From Candidatus Cloacimonadales bacterium (GTDB taxonomy: Bacteria > Cloacimonadota > Cloacimonadia > Cloacimonadales > JAFGVF01): a stretch of 64,000 nucleotides of DNA. Each line of letters opens with the position of its first letter. The stretch's first letter is position 1. The stretch is taken from assembly GCA_963662585.1 (NCBI GenBank), contig OY759729.1, forward strand, positions 1,408,001-1,472,000. The letters run 5' to 3'. This document shows positions 50,220 to 58,542 of this stretch, piece after piece. The translations under genes and the position numbers were made by a program. The notes beneath the pieces were generated by a model that was given only the letters and a program-made list of their open reading frames with translations, was not told the origin of the DNA and did no database searches.

Positions 50220-51795
50220 CTTTATAGACCAATTCTCCATCGATAAGGGTAAGCAGTGATTTGGCTGATAACCAAAATTCTGCAGATGCTTGAGTGAAGT
50301 CATCAATAACTATTAAATCTGCTAAGTATCCCTCTTTAATCTGACCTCGAATATGCTCAGAAGCAGAAGCTTTGGCAGCCCATGCAGTATATGCTTTTAG
50401 TGCTTCTAAAGTTGTTAGCACTTGATCAGGTCTCCAAGTTGACTTTTCAGGGTCATTCATTGCTTTTCTCATTATGGCAGCATAAATACCTTGGAAAGGA
50501 TTAATTATTTCCACTGGTGCATCTGAGCCAAAACCACAAGAGATTCCTCTATCTATCAAGTCCTTAAAGCTATAGGTAAAGTTAGCTGCAGATTTAGTGT
50601 ATTTTTGAATAGAATCTATGTCATATCTTAAATGAATTGCTTGTAGGGCAATGTAAATATCATTCTCTTTTATTGCTTGATAATCTTCTGGTCGCACACA
50701 CTGAAGGTGCTCAATTCTATGAAGAAGACTTGTATCAATATCTCTACATTTGGCAATCGAAGTGATAACTTGATGACAGCACTTATCCCCGATAGCGTGA
50801 ATAGATGATGCGATACCATTTTCCGCCCCTTTTCTAATCATTGCTTGAAGCTCTTCTTCAGAATAGATAGATGTGCCGTAATTATCTGTCCCAGTGTAAG
50901 CTTCATACATCAAAGCTGTTTGTGAGCCTAAGGCCCCATCCATAAATATCTTCTGTCCACCTATTTTTAAAGATTCGCTTCCTGTGTAAGAAGTAACCTT
51001 CTTTTCAATCATTTTATCTAAAATTGCGTTAGGGAAGTGCCAACAGAAACGAAATTTAGTTCCAGATTCTATCACCTGCCTATAGTAGTCAAATTTATCC
51101 TCGTATTCCATAACATGAACCCCAGTGAGTCCCATGCTATAGCAATCTTCAATAGTCATATTAATCGCCTTCAGAGCAAGTTCCAAGGGATAAGCTGGAG
51201 TTACTTTATCAATGAGTTCCCAAGCTTTTTCATGAGTGAATCCATTCGGCTCGCCATCATCAAACCTTCCTAAAGAACCACCGATAGGATCAGGAGTATC
51301 TTTAGTGATACCTGCTTTTTCAAAAGCTAAAGAATTACACCATTTAGAATGAAAATCTTTACTCTCAAGGGATACAGGTATATGGGGGAAAATAGCATCT
51401 AAAAAGTACTTATCAAAGCCTTCTAAGGACGGATAAATATTCTTATTCCAACCACTTCCACCTACCCATTGAAGATTAGCAGGCATATTCTTTTTAAAGT
51501 CTATGAGAATCTTCTTCACATCTTCTAAGGACTTAGCTGGAGATAAATCTACAGCAATCTTGGTTTTAGCAAGCTCAAAAAAGTGAGTATGAGTATCAAT
51601 CATTCCAGGAAGTAGTACTTTTCCTTGCAGATCAATCTCTTCATAATCTTGCAGATTATTCTTATGTAAATAGTTAAAAATATCAGTCTTTGAACCAACC
51701 TTCTCAATCTTCTCGCCATTAATGAGTGCAGCTTCTGTAATTTCATCAGAAGAGCTCATTGTATAAACTTTTCCATTAACAAATAATTTTCTCAT
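50200..51795 (-). CDS. Amidohydrolase family 3 (YtcJ-like)
   Basis: PGMIDTHTH, KIFMDGALGS, HAIGD, RIEH, GSDAPV. Confidence 0.88.
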   Translation of the reverse strand: MRKLFVNGKVYTMSSSDEITEAALINGEKIEKVGSKTDIFNYLHKNNLQDYEEIDLQGKVLLPGMIDTHTHFFELAKTKIAVDLSPAKSLEDVKKILIDFKKNMPANLQWVGGSGWNKNIYPSLEGFDKYFLDAIFPHIPVSLESKDFHSKWCNSLAFEKAGITKDTPDPIGGSLGRFDDGEPNGFTHEKAWELIDKVTPAYPLELALKAINMTIEDCYSMGLTGVHVMEYEDKFDYYRQVIESGTKFRFCWHFPNAILDKMIEKKVTSYTGSESLKIGGQKIFMDGALGSQTALMYEAYTGTDNYGTSIYSEEELQAMIRKGAENGIASSIHAIGDKCCHQVITSIAKCRDIDTSLLHRIEHLQCVRPEDYQAIKENDIYIALQAIHLRYDIDSIQKYTKSAANFTYSFKDLIDRGISCGFGSDAPVEIINPFQGIYAAIMRKAMNDPEKSTWRPDQVLTTLEALKAYTAWAAKASASEHIRGQIKEGYLADLIVIDDFTQASAEFWLSAKSLLTLIDGELVYKDEEFTY

Positions 51796-51917
51796 TTTCT
51801 CTTCTTTTTTGTCTAATTTATTAAAAAATATGTCTAACCCTAAACAATTTGACCGATTTTATTCAATAAGTCCTCTCTTCGAAGGGAATATAATAATATC
51901 ATTGCTTTTACAGCAAT

Positions 51918-52195
51918 GAGCAGGCAAGATGCCCGCATTCCTAGTTAGGGCGGACAGAATGTCCACCGTCCGACAGAAAAGGTCTTTCTCCTATTTTGTG
52001 AAGGGGCGAAAAATGTTTAGCCCCTACATTAGTGAAATTCGTGAATAGATTTCTCTTTATCATCAACTCTACATTCATAATTTTAAATTTCTTCATATCC
52101 CTTGTCCGCTAACGCGTCCAAGCCCTTTCAGGGGGATTCCCTTGGAGTGTCTTGCGAACACTCCCTATTATATGCTATCCCTACGGGATGTATGA
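51918..52195. repeat. Cluster of diverse REP-like palindromes
   Basis: gcaggcaagatgcccgc; ggcggacagaatgtccaccgtccgacaga (identical to 16864-16892); aggggcgaa...tagcccct; ggagtgtcttgcgaacactcc (identical to 16967-16987). Confidence 0.75.
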
Positions 52196-52237
52196 TGTTT
52201 CGTATGAAATAGCTACTTGCGAAAACCAATCGACGCT

Positions 52238-52415
52238 TCTTGTAGAGACTTTGCATGCAAGGTCTCTACAAGAGACAGGTCTCAACAAAAGACAGGTCTC
52301 AACAAAAGACAGGTCTCAACAAAAGACAGGTCTCTACAAAAGATAGGTCTCTACAAAAGATAGGTCTCTACAAAAGACAGCTCTCTACAAAAGATATATC
52401 TCTTCAAGAGAGACA
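52238..52415. repeat. REP-like 36-bp palindrome fused to a 17-bp tandem repeat (8 copies plus 1 degenerate)
   Basis: tcttgtagagact-ttgcatgcaa-ggtctctacaaga, then (ggtctcwacaaragaya)n from 52261. Confidence 0.9.
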
Positions 52416-52563
52416 GTCTATTAAATCGGGATCGCAAAGCCTCTGTGAAACTTCTCATAAAACTCATCTTTACTCTATGTTAAGGGCCTTTTCAAGAAGC
52501 CCTATGGCAATACACCCCTACATTAGTATAATTCGTGAAATTAGTGGATAGATTTATATTTCT

Positions 52564-52605
52564 TCAATTCTCAATTCTCAATTCTGAATTCTCAATTCTA
52601 AATTT
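52564..52605. repeat. 7-bp tandem repeat (tcaattc), about 6 copies
   Basis: Seen directly; abuts the fic stop codon. Confidence 0.8.
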
Positions 52606-53355
52606 TTAAATATCATTCAACAAGTATTTGATACTTTGGTTAATCCTCATTAATTCTTGATTAGCAAACTCTTCAGTTGCAGAATTTGCATCAAAAGGAT
52701 TATCGAAGAAGCCTTTAAAGCTTCTCTCTAAAACATCTATATAATTGAGTTTATCTTCTGGTGTATCAATAAATACAGGAGGATAAAGTTCATACATAAG
52801 AATCCAGTTTTTTACCATTCTAGCAGTTCGTCCATTCCCATCTACAAAAGGATGAATCCTGACAAATTCATGATGAAAATAGATTCCTTTAATTTGAGGC
52901 AGTTTTATTTGATTCATATTATAGATTACATTATCCATTAAGGAGTAAACTACAGATGGATCAGGAGGCATAAAATCTCCAAATTTAACATCTTTCTTCC
53001 TATAACCACTTGGGTTTTTAGCAAAGCTCTCTGGGTCAACAAAACCGTGCAGAGTTATAATATCAGTATGCCCATTAAATTGCTCTTCTCTTTTAATTTT
53101 ATCCAAGATATAATCATAGGCTTTTCCTAGATTCTTACAATATTTATCGGCTTCTTTCTTATTAATTGCCTCGTGCTGGGCATTTTTTAATTTAGTAATC
53201 TTCTCTAAACTTTGAAATGATTTAATTAGCTTTTTGAAGACATTCACTTTTTTCTTAGCAAAAAAGATATTACGATAAACAGCCATCATCAATTCACGAT
53301 TCTCTACTAGTAATTTTTTATCATACTTGAGTGTTTTAGGATCCATTACTTTCAT
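52606..53355 (-). CDS. Fic-domain protein
   Basis: HPFVDGNGRTAR canonical motif. Confidence 0.9.
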   Translation of the reverse strand: MKVMDPKTLKYDKKLLVENRELMMAVYRNIFFAKKKVNVFKKLIKSFQSLEKITKLKNAQHEAINKKEADKYCKNLGKAYDYILDKIKREEQFNGHTDIITLHGFVDPESFAKNPSGYRKKDVKFGDFMPPDPSVVYSLMDNVIYNMNQIKLPQIKGIYFHHEFVRIHPFVDGNGRTARMVKNWILMYELYPPVFIDTPEDKLNYIDVLERSFKGFFDNPFDANSATEEFANQELMRINQSIKYLLNDI

Positions 53356-53358
53356 AAA

Positions 53359-54108
53359 TTAATCTCCCGAAAGAATAGTTGAGAGAAGTCCACCACCCCG
53401 CTTAACTTCACCTTGATTACCTCTAGCTGCTTTATTAATTCTATCAGCAATTCTTGAAAATGGTAATGATTGAAGATAAACTGTTCCAGGTCCTGTTAAA
53501 GTTGTTAAGAAGAGACCTTCTCCACCGAAAAGGGTGTTTTTAATTCCACCCACTAGCTGAATATCATAATCTACACCTTTTTCAAAACCTACTAAGCAAC
53601 CAGTATCAATTCTTATGCGCTCCATCGGACCTAATTCTCTTTTAATTATAGTTCCTCCAGCATGAATAAAAGCTAATCCATCACCAACTAATTTTTGTAG
53701 GATAAAACCTTCCCCACCGAATAAGCCTGCACCAAATCTTTTAACAAATTCTACACTAATATCTATACCATTTGCTGAACAGAGATAAGCATCTTTTTGA
53801 CAGTAAAATACTCCTCCAAATTTAGTTAAATCTATAGGCATAATTCTTCCTGGATAGGGAGCAGAAAACATAACTTTACGCTTGAAATTACTCTGATTTA
53901 AAAATGTTGTAATAAAGAAGCTCTCTCCAGAAATTAACCTTTTAAAACCACTAAACACTCCACCACCTGTTGTAGTATCCATCTGAATTCCTTGCTCCAT
54001 TAGTAGCATTGCTCCAACCTCTGCCCTTACACCTTCGTTTGGATCTAATTCTATTTCAACAGCTTGGAAATCATCTCCAAATATCTTATAATCAATTACA
54101 TCTGCCAT
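53359..54108 (-). CDS. TIGR00266/AIM24 family protein
   Basis: VEIELDPNE, GESFF, FGGEGF, QSLPFSR. Confidence 0.88.
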   Translation of the reverse strand: MADVIDYKIFGDDFQAVEIELDPNEGVRAEVGAMLLMEQGIQMDTTTGGGVFSGFKRLISGESFFITTFLNQSNFKRKVMFSAPYPGRIMPIDLTKFGGVFYCQKDAYLCSANGIDISVEFVKRFGAGLFGGEGFILQKLVGDGLAFIHAGGTIIKRELGPMERIRIDTGCLVGFEKGVDYDIQLVGGIKNTLFGGEGLFLTTLTGPGTVYLQSLPFSRIADRINKAARGNQGEVKRGGGLLSTILSGD

Positions 54109-54120
54109 AATAAACTCCTC

Positions 54121-54699
54121 TTAAACTATTATTAAGAAAAGAATCTGATTTAGAATTCCTGCTAGTAAGAAAATAAATAAATTAAAATACATTAAGAATC
54201 TGTGACAGTATTGATTATAATAACTCTCTATCACAACTAAATCAATCTTTTCATCTATTATATCAATTTTATTATTAATTTTGTAGTATTCATAAAGATA
54301 GGGAATAAAAGTTCTTAAAAAACGAGAAGATAAATCCTTAACAATAAATGCTAAAGCATGTCTAATCCAATCAGCTACACTTGTTGGCATAAAACGAATA
54401 TTATCTATAAATTCTGTAGCATCGAAAACTTTATGATAGACCTTTTTCTCCCAATTATAAATGTATCCTTGATGTGATTCAAAATCATCGACTTGTTCAA
54501 AATACTCTTTAACTGCATTGCGAACTTTATTCAAAAGGAAGTTCTTTAATTTTGGAATAACTCCAGGAGTTAGGATATTTCTCTTCTTAAAAATATACTT
54601 CTGCTTCTTATTGAATAACAGCCATCTAATCAGCCAAATTATTGATGCTCCAAAGAGCAAATTTAAAGGCAAAAAAATCATAGATAGAAGAAAATTCAT
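54121..54699 (-). CDS. Membrane protein (DUF445-like)
   Basis: TM segments at both ends, TPGVIP motif. Confidence 0.5.
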   Translation of the reverse strand: MNFLLSMIFLPLNLLFGASIIWLIRWLLFNKKQKYIFKKRNILTPGVIPKLKNFLLNKVRNAVKEYFEQVDDFESHQGYIYNWEKKVYHKVFDATEFIDNIRFMPTSVADWIRHALAFIVKDLSSRFLRTFIPYLYEYYKINNKIDIIDEKIDLVVIESYYNQYCHRFLMYFNLFIFLLAGILNQILFLIIV

Positions 54700-54924
54700 A
54701 TCTTATGCTCCTTTTTTACTTTTCATTCTCATTTTTATAAGTTAGTGAAGGTAATTTTGATTTCAACCCACTATTGAACTTTGATATAATAACTTATATG
54801 TATCTATAGGCTATTCACAATTTATTTATTCACTTTTATTATATGATAAATATCTTGTCAATTATATTTGTATATTAATAGGTTAAAGTAAACAATTTGA
54901 TTACTACAGAGAATATTTTGGGCA

Positions 54925-54950
54925 AAAAAAATAGGGGCATAGCCCCTATA
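54925..54950 (-). terminator. Intrinsic terminator
   Basis: A-run followed by ataggggc-ata-gcccctat. Confidence 0.7.
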
Positions 54951-55148
54951 AGTGCAGTCCACAGTAACTGCAAAAAAACCTGTTAAACAGCTTACAATTA
55001 TGGAAAATATAGAGGCTGGATGATTAAATCATATATTTCTCTATAGATAAGTCAACAACTAAAGTAGATAATTTTATTGTCAAGAAAAATATTATAATCT
55101 TTTAATAACACTAAATTAAGGAGTTATATAAAGTTACAATATCCATCA

Positions 55149-56432
55149 TTAAAAGTACTTCCAGACAATGAAGATAGTAGAGAAAACAAGATTAATAAAG
55201 GTAATAATTGCTCCATATTTAGTAAAAGTGAGAAAGGAAATCGGATAATTACTTTTTTTACTTATTCCAACAGAAATTACATTAGCTGAAGCTCCGATAA
55301 GAGTACCATTACCTCCAAAACATGCCCCAAGCGAGAGTGCCCACCATAAAGGCATTACATTTTCTGTTCCTGCACTGAGTCCAATATTCTTAATCATAGG
55401 AATCATCGTGGCAACAAAAGGTATGTTATCTATGAAGGCAGAAGCAATACCAGCAGTCCACACCATACTAAGGGCTGTAGCTTTAAGGCTTCCTTGAGTT
55501 ATGTGCATTATTTTATCAGACAATAATTCAATAACTTTTACTTCCTCTAATGCCCCTACCATAACGAATAATCCAATGAAAAACAGGATAGTACCCCACT
55601 CAATTTCATTATTAAGGAAGTGGTCAATATTTACTTTTCTAGCTCTAATCATTAGTGCCGTAGCAGCAAAAAGAGCAATTGTGGCTGCGTGAAGATGTAA
55701 AGCTTCTTGAAAGAAAAGAAGACAAATAAAGATAATGAAAACAACTACAGAATATTGCAATAATCCTTTATCAGTAATAAGATGTTTTTCTTGAAACTCC
55801 ATAATTCTAGCTCTTCTTTCATTAGAGACTACTAATTGCTTTCTAAAAAAGAGGTATATCACTACTGCGCTTACTAGCATATTAAAAAAAACAAAGAGGG
55901 CTAGGTTTTCAATAAAGCCCATAAAACTAATACCTGCAGCACTACCAATCATAACATTAGGAGGATCACCAATAAGAGTAGCTGTTCCACCAATATTTGA
56001 TGCTATCGCTTGAGTTATTACAAAGGGAATAGGCGATATTCCCATTTCAACAGCGATTAAAATAGAAATCGGGGTAATAATAACGACAGTCGTAACATTA
56101 TCTAAGAGAGCAGAAAAGATACCAGTTATGAAAAAGAGCATCAAAAGAATCTTTTTGGGATTCCCTTTTGCTTTCTTAGCTAAAAAGATAGCAACATATT
56201 CAAAAAGTCCAGTACCCTTAATTATCCCCACCATAATCATCATCCCAATTAAAAGGAAAATAACATTCCAATCTATATAATGAGAAAATGCTAAATTCTG
56301 AGAAATAAAGCCAAAAGAAATATAGGTTACAGCCCCAGCAAGAGCCACCACGATTTTGTTGATTTTTTCAGTAGCAATAAAGAAATAACAAGCTGTAAAT
56401 ATAGCAATAGCTATGATCATTTGTTTATCCAT
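55149..56432 (-). CDS. ArsB/NhaD/CitMHS-family (SLC13-like) permease
   Basis: LDNVTTV, SNIGGTATLIGDPPN, IDNIPF, GGNGTLIGASAN. Confidence 0.88.
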   Translation of the reverse strand: MDKQMIIAIAIFTACYFFIATEKINKIVVALAGAVTYISFGFISQNLAFSHYIDWNVIFLLIGMMIMVGIIKGTGLFEYVAIFLAKKAKGNPKKILLMLFFITGIFSALLDNVTTVVIITPISILIAVEMGISPIPFVITQAIASNIGGTATLIGDPPNVMIGSAAGISFMGFIENLALFVFFNMLVSAVVIYLFFRKQLVVSNERRARIMEFQEKHLITDKGLLQYSVVVFIIFICLLFFQEALHLHAATIALFAATALMIRARKVNIDHFLNNEIEWGTILFFIGLFVMVGALEEVKVIELLSDKIMHITQGSLKATALSMVWTAGIASAFIDNIPFVATMIPMIKNIGLSAGTENVMPLWWALSLGACFGGNGTLIGASANVISVGISKKSNYPISFLTFTKYGAIITFINLVFSTIFIVWKYF

Positions 56433-56436
56433 TAAC

Positions 56437-57342
56437 TTATCCCTTGATAACTTTTCTAAAGATATTTTTTAAGCTAATGATGCCTACAATTTTTCCCTCA
56501 GACACAACAGGTATGTCTCTTCTATCATGCTTATTCATTAAAAATATTGCTTCAAATATGGATGTTTCAGGAGTAAGAAAAAGCTTTACCGGTTGCATTA
56601 TGCTTGCAATAGTTTCATCTTCCATCTTTACTAATTTCTCAAAAGGTTCAAATGCTTTAAGAAAATTTAGATTAGGCAGAAATTTAGTATAATCAGGGAA
56701 TCCCAACATTAAATAGTTACGAAGTGTTATTTCTCCAACAAATTTTCCCAACATATCTAGAACAGGTAAATAGCTAATATCATGCTCGTAAAAAAGATTA
56801 CTGAGATCCCTAACAGTACTTTTAACCCCAATAGATATTACCCTTGTTTCCATTAAATCTGTTACTGTAATAGATTCCTTAACCGAGAAATCACCTTTAC
56901 TTAAAAACTCAATAAACTCTGAAACATACCTTTTACTAAGTAGTTTCTCAAAAAAAGAAGTATCTTTTGATAATTTAATTGTTGATTGAAGAATCTTAAG
57001 ATAAAGAGAATTATCCTTGGTCCCATTTATTACCATGAAGAATATTTTAATTATCCCATGCTCTGTTTCTATAGGTTTTTCTGGAACTAAAATTGAAATA
57101 ACAGTATCATCAAAATCTTTTAAATGAAGGTGAGGTAAGGCCACTCCTGTAGGAAATAATATCCCTTCATCTAATCTTCTTTCTAATAAACGCTGATTTA
57201 TATCTTCTTCACTTGCACTTAAACCATATCTACTGGCTATTCTGTGCACCATAAACTCAAAAATGGACTCCACGGCTTGTAAATCACTTTGTAAAAAAAC
57301 TAATTCTGAATCAATTAAACTTGATAAATGCATTGCTTGCAT
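56437..57342 (-). CDS. PTS EIIA(Ntr/Fru)-like domain fused to a CBS pair
   Basis: N-terminal GVALPHL EIIA motif; C-terminal TV.DLM, LPV.D..G..VG.I and IPVV..GKIVGII. Confidence 0.8.
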   Translation of the reverse strand: MQAMHLSSLIDSELVFLQSDLQAVESIFEFMVHRIASRYGLSASEEDINQRLLERRLDEGILFPTGVALPHLHLKDFDDTVISILVPEKPIETEHGIIKIFFMVINGTKDNSLYLKILQSTIKLSKDTSFFEKLLSKRYVSEFIEFLSKGDFSVKESITVTDLMETRVISIGVKSTVRDLSNLFYEHDISYLPVLDMLGKFVGEITLRNYLMLGFPDYTKFLPNLNFLKAFEPFEKLVKMEDETIASIMQPVKLFLTPETSIFEAIFLMNKHDRRDIPVVSEGKIVGIISLKNIFRKVIKG

Positions 57343-57630
57343 AGAAACTCCTTATTATAAAAAGTTATGCTCAGTATTATATTGTTACTTTCATGTCAAT
57401 AGATATTTTAGCAGAAAAGTAACTCCAGTTAGAGATTTTTGGTTAAAATAAAAAACATTTATGTCTATAGCTCTGTAACTAGAGACTAGACAAGTACGAA
57501 AAAAAATGAAATACACAAGAATGTAAAAGTATTTTAAATTATTTTACAATCTAAAACAGTCAAATTATAAAAATTCTTGACAGAATTCTTATCAATTCTC
57601 TCATAATAAAAAAAAAGATAAGGCTCATCA

Positions 57631-58542
57631 ATGAAAAATTCTGATATAAATAAATTTAATAATAAAGTAATTCAAGGTGATTGTTTAGAAGTTATGAAAT
57701 CAATACCTAACAATAGTATAGATATGGTTTTATGTGATTTACCTTACGGGACAACACAAAACAAGTGGGATTCAGTAATTAACTTACAAGAGTTATGGAT
57801 GCAATATAACAGAATAGTCAAAGAGGATGGAGCAATAGTATTAACTGCTCAAGGTATTTTTACCGCTAAATTAATATTAAGTAATGAGAAAGATTTTAAA
57901 TATAAAATTGTCTGGATAAAATCAAAAGCTACTAATTTCTTAAATGCTAAAATTCAACCCTTAAGGAAACATGAGGATATTTGTATTTTTTATAAAAAAC
58001 AACCGACCTATAATCCACAAATGAGCATGTCTAATGCCTATGATAAAGGAGTCAGAAAAGACCAATATACAGGAAGTTATGGTGATTTTAAACCGAGACA
58101 CATCAAAAGTAATGGTGAAAGATATCCTACAGATATCATTAATATCTATGATGAGTTCTTACATGATGATTTTATATATTGCAAAACTGCAGAATCTGAA
58201 GGTAAAGTTTTTCATCCAACCCAAAAACCTGTTGAATTAGGAAGATACCTGATTAAAACATTCACAAACCCTGGTGACATAGTTTTAGATAACGCTTGTG
58301 GAAGCGGAAGTTTTTTAATTGCAGCTATGATAGAAGGGAGAAACTTTATAGGAATTGAAAAAAATGAAGATGTATTATTGCATAAAATAAAAAAAACAGA
58401 CTATATCAAAGTTTGTACTGACAGAATCGAAGCAACTTTAAGAAATAATCAATACGAGCAGATGAATATAAACTTTTTCTCTGAACCTGTATCAAAATAT
58501 CATGTTATTAGAAAAAAAACAGTGAGGCTGAGTTTTGAGTAG
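57631..58542 (+). CDS. Beta-class N4/N6 DNA methyltransferase
   Basis: GDCLEVM, CDLPY (motif IV), HPTQKP, VLDNACGSGS (motif I). Confidence 0.88.
   Translation: MKNSDINKFNNKVIQGDCLEVMKSIPNNSIDMVLCDLPYGTTQNKWDSVINLQELWMQYNRIVKEDGAIVLTAQGIFTAKLILSNEKDFKYKIVWIKSKATNFLNAKIQPLRKHEDICIFYKKQPTYNPQMSMSNAYDKGVRKDQYTGSYGDFKPRHIKSNGERYPTDIINIYDEFLHDDFIYCKTAESEGKVFHPTQKPVELGRYLIKTFTNPGDIVLDNACGSGSFLIAAMIEGRNFIGIEKNEDVLLHKIKKTDYIKVCTDRIEATLRNNQYEQMNINFFSEPVSKYHVIRKKTVRLSFE

Noticed and set aside
52261..52415. 17-bp repeats as a CRISPR array
   Set aside because: Units are contiguous with no unique spacers, are too short, and there are no cas genes.
52152..52551. ORFs 52152-52346 and 52255-52551
   Set aside because: They are translations of the palindrome and tandem-repeat DNA, with no RBS or protein features.
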